Positions 12,668 to 24,602 of a DNA stretch of 59,103 nucleotides are shown piece by piece (position 1 is the stretch's first letter; every line of letters begins with the position of its first letter). The stretch is from positions 1 through 59,103 of the forward strand of contig MU271442.1 of NCBI GenBank assembly GCA_021432655.1, written 5' to 3'. A program made the position numbers and the translations under genes. The notes under the pieces were generated by a model. The model did no database searches, had not been told where the DNA came from, and saw only the letters and a list, made by a program, of their open reading frames with translations. This DNA comes from Atractiella rhizophila. Its lineage: Eukaryota.

Positions 12668-14351
12668 TCATTTCGAGCGTCTTTGTCTGATCCAAAAGAT
12701 GAACGACAGGACGGCGACAATGCCATCAAGACCCGCCATCAAAGCAAACGGTGCTCCTGGTAACTCATCAAAGAGCCATCCACCCAACCGTCCAATGATG
12801 AGAATTCCAAGGCCACCAAAAACCGTACTGCCTCCTCCTATTCCACCTGCCACCTCTTCGGCCTGTGCGCCTTGCTTTGACAAAAGTTCTGATCGAGCTT
12901 TGCTCAGCAAAACGAGGCTTCCAACAATCCCTCCTATCTGCGCAAATCCAAGAAGGACGGCGTAAACCCAGACCATGGGATGCCTCGGATCGGAAGAGGG
13001 TAGAAGAGCGATACCAGTGAAGGAGATGGAGCCGCAGATAAAGGGAAGAGTGACTCCTAGGGGCAAGGACGGGATAAGGGGAGACAGAAGGAGGGTAAGA
13101 AGCTCGATCACGCCGTTCAGAGAAGCAATGTGATGATAAGCCTGAGGGCAAGATTTCGGGATGGATGGGTCGGTGGAAGGTGGACACAATGAGGAACGGA
13201 GGTAGAACGTCGTGATGAGCAGGGGGATGAACAGAGTGATGACTATTTCTCATATTAGCTGGATCACTTGGGAAAGGAATAGATCTCACCGATTGTCTGA
13301 GCACGAGAAGCAAAGGAAGTGACATACGCTAGCCGAAGCGGAGGCGACGACGTGGCAAGGCTGAAACTGCGAAAGAGGGAGAGGACCTTCTCACTCAACG
13401 ACGGTGGATTTTGAGCCTTCAAAGCTGGAAAGCGCAGAGTCTGAGAAACGACAAAGGCCATTCCCAGTGCGAGTATAGCCACGAAGAAGTAGGTGTATAT
13501 CAGACCATGAGAAAGTGTGATGCTGAACCGCTCAGAGAGAATAGGTGGCAGACGGAGGAAAAAGAATACTGTGCAGTACTTAGTCAGTATTTCAGTGGTG
13601 AGAAAAAGAGCATACCGGCTACTAGAGCACCGCTGCCAGTGCCAACACCAACCCAACCAGCAAGTTTACCACCTTCTCGCTTAGGGCTGAAACGCCTCGT
13701 ATTCCCCTCCACCTCTCCTTCTGACTCGAGCAACGGCGCCGTCTCACTTGCTTCTTCGCCAACCTTCACCTTCTCAACCTTCCCCATCCCACTCAAGACT
13801 GCAGGAATCATGGTGACCAAAGCGCTTCCTCCGGCCGCGAATACAATCCGAGCGAAGTAAGGATTTGGTTGGAGGACGAAGAGAGGAAGGGAAATGGCGA
13901 TTAAGAGGTGCCCAATTGAAGAAACGAAGCGTGGCGAACGGACATCAGAAAGATGCCCCCAAAGGAGAGCTGGTCAGTATCAATAAATGACCACTGCTGC
14001 AAGAGGATATAAAGTACGTACCAAGTGGTAACGCGATTAGCTCGTGAAGAAGGGTCAAGCTTCCAACAACGTCGCCAGCTTTGTCTAATGCTAGGTTAGC
14101 ATAATGAACAATGCAATAATCCGAACTCACCTGATGGATACCCCAACACTTGTGTTAGCAGTAGAGGGAGTGAAGCATTGAGAAAGACGAGGTATGATAC
14201 ACTACCTCAAAAAGCGCGGTGAGAAACGCTAATTGAGAATAAAGACACACCTGAAAAAAGAAGATAGGATGTACGAGAAGACATGAACCCGTTTGATTTG
14301 GGGAGCCAGTGAGAAATACGCAAGGACCCGGTCAGGGTTACTGTCGGTCAT
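12668..14351 (-). CDS. Major facilitator superfamily transporter
   Basis: Multiple hydrophobic helices. YLVFLNAS, GDVVGSLTLLHELIALPL..LWGHLSD (MFS motif A region), LAYVTSFASRAQTI, GRLGGWLFD...GAPF. Confidence 0.85.
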
Positions 14352-15091
14352 GGCTGCAGCATCCACATCAACTCAGTTTTCAAGTTGAAAACCAAACAAA
14401 AAAACAACCTAAATAAGAAAGAGAACACGAGAACACTTTCCCCTTCGACGAACCATGAAACGTGCAGGTGAAAGCTGCAATGTTTGGAGTGTTTGGAATG
14501 GAATGTTTGCTTGTCAGATAACAGCAGTGGTCGGCCTTCTAACCACCAAAACAAAACGCGACTCTGATTGGAGGGACAACATTGCATTTGTTGGGACTTC
14601 TATGCTTATGGCGATGTGAGTTGGCTTTTGACTTATGGTAAATGGGTCATGTCAGTGAGCTTCGCGTCATTGGGGCTGATTGGTGCAAGTCCTCAGCAAA
14701 TTGATCCCTCCGTTTGTTAGTGACTGTCAAGTAGATTGTTTGATGCAAGGACGGTTAGCGTAGGCTTACCAAAGAAGCTGTACCCAAAAAGGAGCGTCGA
14801 CTGTTGCGCATCTTGCTCTCGAATAGATGAGCTCTCAAGAGCATACAGGAGGGTTCATGCTAGTTTTCTTTCTGATGAGGAGGCTCACTCTCGCAGAAAT
14901 CTGTTCAGGATTACATCCAGTTCAAACCATCGCTGAGCACTGTTCGCTTTCAATGTCATGTTCTTTCCACTTGTTTACAACTTTGGCCCCGCACATTCTT
15001 GGACACGGGCGATTGCGGAGAACCAGTCGCACCTCCCACAAAAGAGTGGTGGCCCTTCTTGCATCATCGCTGCCTCCCTCCACTTGCTACC

Positions 15092-15508
15092 ATGTCGATT
15101 GTTATGCGAGCTCCCAGCCAGGGCTCAAACCCCTATCACTTGCCCCACCTTGCGGCCGACGATAAGAGTGGGCCAGTGGTTCAGAAGGCTTCAGATGCTG
15201 TTGCAGCTTATCACCTCCCACGCGCCAAGAACGTCTCTACCTCCACCGCTGAAAGCGCTCAGAGCACATCATCTGCTGGAACTGGAGAAAAGGTGCGTTG
15301 CTTCCATGGAGTATGGAATTGGGACCAACCTGTTCTAGAACGTGAAAGCGAAGAAAACAGATAAGCCATCTCGTAAATCGTCCATTCTCCAGAAGTAAAT
15401 CTTTGCCCCATAAACATTCCCTTGCTCACGGATAGTTCTAGAGCGAAACAGTTCTTCCGTCCCGATAGTGAGTTTAAGAAAAACGGAAACGGGACCAATA
15501 ATGCTTAA
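15092..15508 (+). CDS. Small hypothetical Ser/Lys-rich protein (~110 aa, probably 3 exons)
   Basis: ATG 15092, intron GTGCGT...CTAG (~15293-15338), probable second intron GTAAAT...CTAG, TAA at 15506-15508. No homology recognised. Confidence 0.4.
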
Positions 15509-15857
15509 TGAATTTTAATGAACTGTCATCGGATTTGTATTCTGTCTCACTGCTGTGTTCATATCCGGAGGAATTTTTTGGATTACTTTTGTGCTTGCAA
15601 CTTCGTTTGATTGAATAGTACAACGGATACCATTTGTATTGGAACAGTCATAGGAGTAAGACAATACAGACAGAAACACGGGGAGAAGTTTAGTTTTCAG
15701 ATGAGATGAAATGACATGACAACAAATTGGGTGTGAACTGAAAATGAGGTTGCAGCGACAAAACTAATGCGATGGAAAGTTAGACAAAGAAAATCGAAAT
15801 GGGATGAAACCTCTCTCGGTGCTCGTACAACATAGTGCAAGATGCCTGAAGAAGTTG

Positions 15858-17595
15858 TTAATATCGTAACATTCGGCCAACTGGGGGTTCTGATGTAGCT
15901 CGGATAGACGGTTTTTTGAAGCCGGGAAGGGACGTAAATGGCATGATAGGCACTCTATGAGGCATGCATGCAACGTGAGGGGGAGATGGCAATCTTGCAG
16001 CTTGTACCGGCAGGTGAGGCATCCTTTTGAGATTGGACGGTCGGCGTCTTCTTCGAAGCAGTGATCTTAGGAGCACGAAAACGAGGACGAAAAAGCAGAT
16101 GAACGAAAGCGTCATCAACGTCCACTGCAAAATTGTTCAGGTACAACAGCCTTACTAGCAGAAAATACTTACGTGAATGGACATTTGCGCTTCTTGGATG
16201 TAGGTTGTCGAGACATGCCAATAACCTCGCAGTCGGAGGCTCCAGGACTGCATATACCCCGATAAGAGAACAACAATGACCAGGAGCAGCGCAATTGAAG
16301 GTTGGCACTTCAATACACCTACCACAGGTGTCAGTCGAAGCATCCAAAGAAGATAATCCTGCAAACCAGGAAGAGCAGCGACCAGTAGCCAGAACCACCC
16401 TGTAGTTCCCCCATTTGGCTGAAAAAGGAATCGACTTCTGTTCAATTCGACGGCTTCTGCTAGACCTTCAAGGTTGGAAGTTAGATCAATAATCCGAGCG
16501 AGACCTTCTTCTAGTGATCGATGAGAAATATTCTGAAGATGTAGACTGAGCTCGAAAGATTGCTGTAGGTCGAGCGAGAGGTTTTGCAGCACCCTTCCAG
16601 CCTTTAAAAAAATGAGCTGCGTCATAGAACAACGCAGAAGAAGAGCCTACAGTTATCACGGAGTGCATCAGATCTTTGAAGACGGAGAGCGATGTATTAG
16701 CATCTTCCTGTAAAAATTTAGCCGATTATTGAAAATTTAAGGACCTACCACTTGCAAAGATAAACTGCGAAGCATCTCTTCTACTGTGCTCACTTCTTTC
16801 ATAAGGCCAGCAGAGACGTCTCCTAGTCCTCTGCTGTGATCATACAGAATCTTCTCTAACTCCATTTTGGTCTACGATCGCGATGATTCCACACTTCATC
16901 AAGGAAATATTGTGGACGCACCAATTGCACGCTGTCTTGCATCACGTCCCATCCGCCTTGGAACTTCTCGAGAAGCTCCAGCGAATGAAGGGAGATATTC
17001 TTGTAGATATCTCGCGCCGAATCCAGGTCGTGCATCCTCGAATGAGCAAAGCAGAATTGTACTGGCGCCACGCCGATCAGCCCTAGCATATCTCAGCTCA
17101 AGAGAACGTGCCTATCTCTCTCAGGTACCCTGAATATGAGCTCCAGTGTTGAGGACTTCTGCTCAGTGCTCTTCCCGCATCTCGTCAAACATGCCTGTAC
17201 CAAATAGGCTTATTGAACGAAGGAACTCACTCAACACAACCTACAACCTCTCGACTCCCTTTTCCTCCCCTCCCACATTCACGAGGTACGCTCAAGTGGA
17301 CGTTCTCTAAATCACACACCGTCATCTGGCTCGCGATTGCCATCCTCTCCAAATCCGAAAGCGCGTCGCAGGCTGGGGAAACGGGAAAATGACGCGTGAA
17401 ACAGGACGAGAGTTCAGTGGTGCGATCTATATCCTTACTTCAGTCTTTTTGGGGGACAGTGAAGACTGTAAGCCTACCGTTTGGCTGTCCTATCAATTCT
17501 TGGGAATCGCGAAAAGCGCGACTGTTTTGAGGGTCGGAGAACCATGACGCGAAGGTCCGAGGTAGAATAAACATATAAAGATAAAGATACATCAT
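15858..17595 (-). CDS. KAR5: Nuclear fusion protein Kar5/Tht1 (Gex1/brambleberry family)
   Basis: Signal peptide, then Cys-rich domain SSCF...CDALSDLERMAIASQMTVCDLE...VPREC...GCVEALSRSPQHWSSYSGYLREIVQFCF, a coiled coil, and 2-3 C-terminal TM segments. GC-AG intron at 17062-17111. Confidence 0.88.
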
Positions 17596-17831
17596 CCTCA
17601 CTGGGACTTGAGGCGCTTGCGCGTTCGTCGTCGTACTTTCCAAGGGTTGTTGAAGCTGAAGAGGTGGCAAATATTTTCGCGTTCAGTTATAGTACGTAAA
17701 GTTTTCAGTTTGAAATTATCAATTTCAACGCGCTGTTAACATGTATGCTTGTGCCAATGACAATCATATTCGCTGAAACATCATTAGACATGGTTAGACA
17801 AGCTCTATAAACCAGCAGAATAACCAGCAAA

Positions 17832-19210
17832 CTATACTGTTCCCAAACCTCTAATCCGGAGAAACCGTGAAACGTTATCCAGTACGTCTTCTGCTGGGGT
17901 GTCTTCATCGACTGGAGGTGGTCGCTGCCTGTCTGGCATTGAGGGTTGACCAGGATGAATCGAGTCGCCTCTCGGCTTGTAGATGAGAACGAGGATTGCA
18001 CCAAAAATGAGGAGACAGAGTAGGAAAATGAGCGACCTCTTTCCAGACTTTTTCTGGTGTCTAAATTGTTCGTCAACCAGGACCTTGCAGGAATCAAGAA
18101 GAGGTACTTCGTGGCTTGCTTCAGTTCCTGTACCGCGCTCTCGACGTTTGTCGCCAGTTGCTCGACATTGTAGTCTATACGATCGAGAAGGGAGCCTTGG
18201 TCAATGACCATATTTGAGAGATCTTTAAATATGTCTGCTAGCTCCGCTATCGATTTCGAAATAAGAGTGATTTCTCGATCTCTCTCGTTGATTAGACGCA
18301 TGTCAACATCATCTGTGAGGAGTGAAGACTGCGCCAGTGAAGTGCGAGAGAGTTCGACGTCGTCTTCTAGCTCTTTAGCAGACGATTGTAGAGGTATTGA
18401 GGACGTCGAAGTGAGTAAGTCAGAAGTACGGGTTTCGTGTCCTTTCAGTTCTTGTTCTGCTCGTCAGCTTTACACTTCTTGGTGGGAGAGGGATGCGCAC
18501 GGCGGAGGTAAACACCCTGCTTCTTACGAAATCCGCTGCTGAGCTCTTGTAGCTTATTCGCAAGCCCAGTTTGCAGATTAACAGCCATTTGGTCAGGCTT
18601 GTTGGGCTGTGAAGAGCTGGTGGGCCGCGAGTGTGAGCGAGCAAGGTCTCCTATCTTCTGTAGCATAGAATGGGCCCGACGGAATTCCTGAGATTGCACT
18701 TCCTTAGCAATGATGCACAAAGGGAAGAGTAACGAACGGAGGTAATTTCTCGAGTGAGAGTGTCGATTTCTCGTTCTTCAGCTGAACGGTCCGTGAAACC
18801 AGGCAGGACATGTTTAGCATATAACTTGTCGAGGTACGTGACTACGTTTCATTTCAATACTACCCAGTCGTCGTGAAAGAAGAAAACGCACTCTTGCCTC
18901 TCGCGCTCTCGATGAGCGCCTCTGCTTGGTCTGCCACGTCCACCCACACTGGCGGCAGACCTTGTTCCAGTTCGTCGAGCTCCAAGTCATCATCTGCACT
19001 ACCAATAAGCCTCTCCTCCTCTCCTCCGTCCTTATATACCCCATAATCAGGCGCCCGTCCTTTCCCCTTCCCTTTTACATTCCGGTGTCGATAATTCGGT
19101 GATGATTCGCGGTAGGATAGGAAAAGAAGAGTGCGGGACCGCGTAACACCTATTGTCTGGGAGAGACTGGGGGAGGAACTAAAGCCGGAGGGGATTCTCG
19201 GGGATTCCAT
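17832..19210 (-). CDS. TLG2: Syntaxin-16-like Qa-SNARE Tlg2
   Basis: N-peptide TRSRTLLFLSYR, LPPVWVD, KHVLPGFTDR, SNARE motif ERDREITLISKSIAELADIFKDLSNMVIDQGSLLDRIDYNVE, TM anchor and luminal tail. Confidence 0.95.
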
Positions 19211-19330
19211 GCTTGAACCGCTCAAAACGTGAAGATGCAGAAAAGAAGTTCATTCGTCATTTCGGCTTCTTTCACACTCAAACGGGTTATAAAGTATGTG
19301 TATTGCAAAACATTCTTGAAAGACTTAAAG

Positions 19331-19408
19331 GGCAAGATGGCCGAGTGGTCTAAGGCGTCAGTTTTAGGCACTGATCTTCGGGCGTGGGTTCAAATCCCAC
19401 TCTTGTCA
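19331..19408 (+). tRNA. tRNA-Leu, anticodon UAG, intronless
   Basis: Acceptor stem GGCAAGA/TCTTGTC plus discriminator A; D arm with GGCCGAGTGGTCTAAGGCG; anticodon arm TCAGT-TTTAGGC-ACTGA; T arm GTGGG-TTCAAAT-CCCAC; T-run Pol III terminator at ~19411. Confidence 0.95.
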
Positions 19409-19690
19409 TGTTTTTGAATATTTTTGTGTAGGAACCCCACTTTCCTCTTATTCTTCTAGCTTTTCTGCAGCAGTTCTCCACTCCAAGCTCTCCTAGGTGC
19501 AATGTTGCCCAAGTGACCACGCTCAAGAATTTGATGTCTACACATCCTTGATGTGAACAACCAGGGCAACCCAGGACCGGGTAATGAACATCCCCGCAGG
19601 AGCCAGAAGTTTTGGGGAGAATTTGGACCACCAACTTGGGTTTTGCTGAAAAGCACTCGTAGAGAGAGCACAAATCATAGAGCTGAAGAG

Positions 19691-21604
19691 ATGAAGAACA
19701 GTACAGGGACAGATGTTGTCCCCCTCAGCGCGCTCGACTTGTTTTTTATTAATGTTGGGAACCAAGTAGGGAGCCCGGTGAGTCGTCATTCGTCGAAGAT
19801 TGGGCAGTGTGAACGTGTCTTCTACAGCCAGACCCGTTGAAAGTTATTGTTATCCTATTCGCATCTATTCCCCTTGCTTTGCTATATCCGCTACTTCCGC
19901 CAGCTCCATCACTCCTCACCCCCGCGTACTCTCTTGCCGTCTCGTACATCTTCCTGACCCAAGTTTTGCACCTACACAACGGCTTCTTTCAACTCCTTGG
20001 GAGTTCTATCGCAACCTATTACCTTGTCGCATGGAGAGTATCTCAGGCGAAGAAAGCTGGCAGAAAGGTCAGCAAGAGTATGGGATGGGAAGTTTTCGCC
20101 TTGACCATGGGGCACCTACTTTTCAAGTACGTCTGACACTGCACCATCTCTTTGTTATGCCGCTTATGAGATGCTCTCAGCCACCTCTATCGATCGTTTA
20201 ACGAAATATCTTTAGACATCATTGAGATTACGGGTTCTCAAATGGTGCTAGTAATGAAGTTGAGCAGCTTCGCGTGGCAAGTTTACGACGGTCAGCGTCC
20301 AAAGGAGGAGCTGGATAAATTTCAGTCAATGAACCGAATCGAGGAACTGCCAACGCTTCTTGACTTCCTGAGCTATTGGTAGGTTTGCGACTGTACCTGT
20401 CAACGTGTTCCTTCTAACCAATCCGATACAGCTTCTTTTTCCCTTCCATCATGGCTGGACCGTCGTTCACATATGCATCGTATCGGTCCTTTATCAATCG
20501 GACGCTTTTTGGTGCTTCGAAAGACAACCCGTCTCAGTTCACCCTTCCTCCAGGACGATGGTATCGCGCCGGAAAGCGCTTCGCTTGTGGTGTCTTTTAC
20601 CTCGCAATCTTTGCCACTCAAGCTGGAAGTTGGAGCTTCAGCAACCTGGTCGACCCAAGGCTTGGCTGGTTGGATAAACCGCTGTGGAAGAGAATCTTTG
20701 CCATGCAAATGGGAGGATTCATGGCTCGGACAAAATACTATGCTGTCTGGTGTCTGGCGTAAGTGCACTTCATCGTCCCATCGAGCATCGAACTAAGGGA
20801 AATGTTGCCAGTGAGACTGCCTATATTTTGTCTGGTCTTGGATGGGACCCTATTTCGCGAAAATACATCAACTCTCGCAATCTCAAGATTCGTCAAATTG
20901 AATGTGCTCAGAGTTTCAAGGAGCTTCTCGATCATTGGAACATGAACACGAATGTTTGGCTGCGAGAATGTGTCTACAAGCGCGTCGCTCGCGAAGGGAA
21001 GAAGCCTGGATTCAAGAGCACGATGGCCACGTTTGGAACAAGTGCATTGTAGGCTTTTTTCTTTAAATAGCTTCTATACTTAACACCCGGTGTTAGCTGG
21101 CATGGTACTAATCCCTGCTATTACCTTACGTTCTTTCTCGGTGGATTCGCCCAGAACTTGGGAAAGCTGCTCCGAAAGAACATTCGACCTTTCTTCCTTC
21201 CACCCGGATACCTCTTAATCAAACCTGGCCAACCAACGCCTCCCACAGGAGCGCTCAAGGCATTCTACGACATCGTCGGCATAATTTCTGTTCAGCTCGT
21301 CCTCAACTTCGCCGTCGTTCCTTTCATGCTTCAAGACTTCCGTCAAAGCTTCACAGCCTGGAACAACGTCAACTGGTATGGACTCATCCTCGTTTTCGGA
21401 ATATCCGGTTTCTTCTGGTGCGGAGGAGGAGGAGTGTTTAAGCAAGCTCTGAAGAAGAGAGAGGCGAAGGCTCTCGCTCAGCAAGAGACCATCAAGAAGA
21501 AAGAGGCAGAGAAGCTCGCTAAGGAAGGAGTCAAGGCTTACAGGGAAGAGACGGAGACTGCTCATGTGGACAAACCTAATGCTGTAGGTATACCCCCCGC
21601 GTAA
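19691..21604 (+). CDS. ALE1: MBOAT lysophospholipid acyltransferase
   Basis: ITGSQMVLVMKLSSFAWQVYDG, FFPSIMAGPSF, RTKYYAVW.L.E.A.ILSGLG, WNMNTNVWLRECVYKR, TF.TSA.WHG..P.YYLTF (catalytic His). Confidence 0.95.
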
Positions 21605-22745
21605 AGGAGTTTGCTCTTAGTGCATTGAGTTGGGAGTTTGGTTGCTTTTGGAGTAAAGTTGGTGATATAAAGTCTATAAAGCGCTTTATAGAATTGGTTA
21701 ATCATGACGATATATTCCAGTTTTGTGATATAATCGATTCTTAATCAGTAATTGATCAGCAACGTAGACCAGCCCTGATGCTTTTGTCTGATCCCAAACA
21801 CAGTTTAAGGGGTTCCACCGAGGCGAACTTCATGCTACACCAAAATGATGACAGTCAAAATTGATATGTCTGATCAAGGACGAAGACATTCACACTGGCA
21901 TTAGGAGCCAGGAGGCTTCAAGTTTAGACTCCCCCCATCATTTGCGCAAAATTCGACGACGAGAAAGCGCTCGCACATGTCGTCCCAGTCGATTACGAAC
22001 TTCAATATTCTCTGGGGATTCACCACATTATCTCAGAATCCAGGGGTGGGAGGAACACGGCTCTTTTGCTTCTTCGAGCGATAATCTAATAACCTTATCC
22101 TATCCACCTTCCTATTCTATTGCGCGAAGTGGATTACTAGGCTCCATCGTGAGATTAACTGGGTTTGTGGATGGAGGCTGCTTCCGAGTCGTTTTCGACA
22201 TCATCCTTTGGCTTGTCAAGCGGAGGAATTATTTGCGGCCGAGTAGATATTGCAAGCAAGTCGTTACGCATCCTGCTAGACTCATGAATTCGTGCCAACT
22301 TGAAACACAGAGGTCAATATTGTTGTAAATCGATGGGCTGAGGAGCTGGTACGAGCAGGTTATGTTGGCTGAGCTCTCACAAACGCATGAGCATCGGGAA
22401 GTAGCATTCTAATAGCGTTGATATGTGTGTATGTAGCTTACAGCAGAAAGTAGTAGAACATTCAAACGAAACCAGACTGCAGAGCTCAACAAATACAATC
22501 GACAATAACTTATAAGTACTTATCTGATTCGTTCAAAGTTAGAGAACCTGATGAGTCTTACTAACAGTGAGGTAACGATCGCGGAACCAACTCTGCGATC
22601 TGAATGAATGACTGAAACAAGTGCTCCGTGTCTTCGCCAGTCTCGCCCTTCATCGCTTCATCATCCATCACATAGCTGTCACGTTGGTAGCAATTTGCTA
22701 ACACGCTCAGCTTTATCATCCACAGGAACTAGACTATTTTTCAAA

Positions 22746-24163
22746 ATGGCTGTGATAACAGACATGCCTCCTGAAATTCTCAGCATCATCATGACTTCTG
22801 CCTGTTCTGGGGACCGATTTGATCGACGAGACCGCGCTAACGCATTGAAATCTTATTCTCTTGTATCAAAAGAATGGTCCGGTTGCGCTCAGCGCCTGCT
22901 GTTGCGTGATATCGTGGTCTGTATCTATATCCTTCGACGACCATATTCCTGATTTTGCGAGAACGACGCAGGTGTCAAGTTTTAAGACGGCCGACACAGT
23001 ACGAACGATGAGTCGACAGAATTCCAATCGAAACGCTGGCTTGGTGCGCCATTTGACCATCACAGATTTTCAACGAAGAAAACCCAGCTCAAATCTGGAC
23101 CTCGTCAAAAATCTTCTTTCTGACCTCAATAATTTGTACTCCCTCACTCTAGAGGTTGACTTTGCCGGTTGCACTCCAGTCAGAATGGAAAGAATTAGGG
23201 TTCGTTCGAAACACAAATTCAAGCCTGACGACTTGATCTCCTTTTTGGAAGAGTCGCAAAAATACCTTCCGAAGTCAACAAAGAAATTTAGGATATTCCT
23301 TGACACCGATTACTTGAGCAGATCTTACCATCGAAAGGGACTAGCGGAATTCACCAAATGCATTTTTGATTTGATGAAGAATGTGGACGAACTCGAGTTC
23401 ATTTCCTCCCGGTATCGCAGCAGAGATCCTCCGAAATTTTTGGAGGCCATACAAACGAACTTTCCGTCTGTAGGAGACATTCGGAGACTGGTTCTTCCTA
23501 ATTTCCAACTGGATTCCGAAGTTCTGCGTGTCCTCCCTCATTTCTTTCAACCATCTCGTCTTCCTTGAGTATCCCCACAACTCCAATGATTTCACGAGCG
23601 TCCCATCCTTATACACAGCGAACGTTGTCTCTGCATTCCAAGCCACTGGCGCTCAACTGACAAGCCTTCGGCTCGCCCTTTCCCATGCTCACGAACAGAT
23701 GCTCCCGGGATTATTAAAATCGCTCACCGGTTTAAAGAGGCTTGAACTCCTCCCTGGAGAACCTGCGGATGAGACACATTGGTACTACCACCGAAACGCT
23801 CTACATTCTATTGCGATCGTGGAGGCTATCGAACAATTTGAGGAGGTCCTCAAGGCACTCTCCAGGACAGTGGTGGAACTATTTTACGGTGGTTTTGGGA
23901 GTGTCCCAGGCTACAAATTTAACTATAGGGAGGACGTCAAAGATGTCCTCCACAGTTCCCTTCGCAATCTCCCCAATCTCAAACATATCGTCTTCTTCCG
24001 TCCTTGTAGGCGGAACTATACGAAAGACCTCTTCCAATGTTTAGATGACAGGAACAATTTGTCTACTGCCCATGTGCTCAAGCTCCTTCCACTCGATGAA
24101 GTCCTGGCTGCTGAAGGAGTTCAAGTCTTCGAAGGGAAGAAATCGAAAGATTCTCCTAACTGA
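22746..24163 (+). CDS. F-box-like / RNI-like (LRR) protein with an apparent frame break near 23520-23620 (possible pseudogene or unrecognised intron)
   Basis: N-terminus ITDMPPEILSII...LKSYSLVSKEWSGCAQRLL is F-box-like, followed by L..L.L repeats. One clear intron at ~22917-22971. ORFs 22861..23568 and 23528..24163 are in different frames. Confidence 0.65.
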
Positions 24164-24602
24164 ATTCCGAACACGAGAGGTCTTCCTCACAAAACTCATT
24201 CGCTGGAGCGATCTAGTTTCTTAAGCCTGCACATTTGTCCCTCATGGCATTTCTCAACCTTGTATCACGGCCGAATGAATCGAAGTTAGTGTTTTCACTG
24301 TTGCGACTCCAACTCAGTTCTCTTCAAATGTCTATTGTAATCTTCATTGTACATACCTATCCAATAGTGCTAATAATACTCAAGGCGTTCTGAAGCGGAC
24401 AGATAACAAGCATACTGCGAGGATATAAAACTCCTAAGTTAGGGGGTGAATAATCGAATTCCAGCTCCATCCGAACAAAAGATTGTAATAAAGAGGAAAA
24501 CGGGTGAATACCATACCAACAACCAGTGCTGACTTCCTTCTCCTCTTCTTCCTTCCACCAAATTCGTCCACCTCCTCAATCATCCTAATTCAACAACGCT
24601 CT

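Noticed and set aside
21700..21875. C/D-box-like words (ATGACGA...CTGA; ATGATGA...CTGA)
   Set aside because: No rRNA-complementary guide I could identify and no clear terminal stem; one pair is only ~30 nt apart. A snoscan run would be needed.
21861..22328. 155-aa ORF between ALE1 and the F-box gene
   Set aside because: Non-ATG start, no recognisable motif and no convincing splice structure. It could be a decayed fragment but is unsupported.
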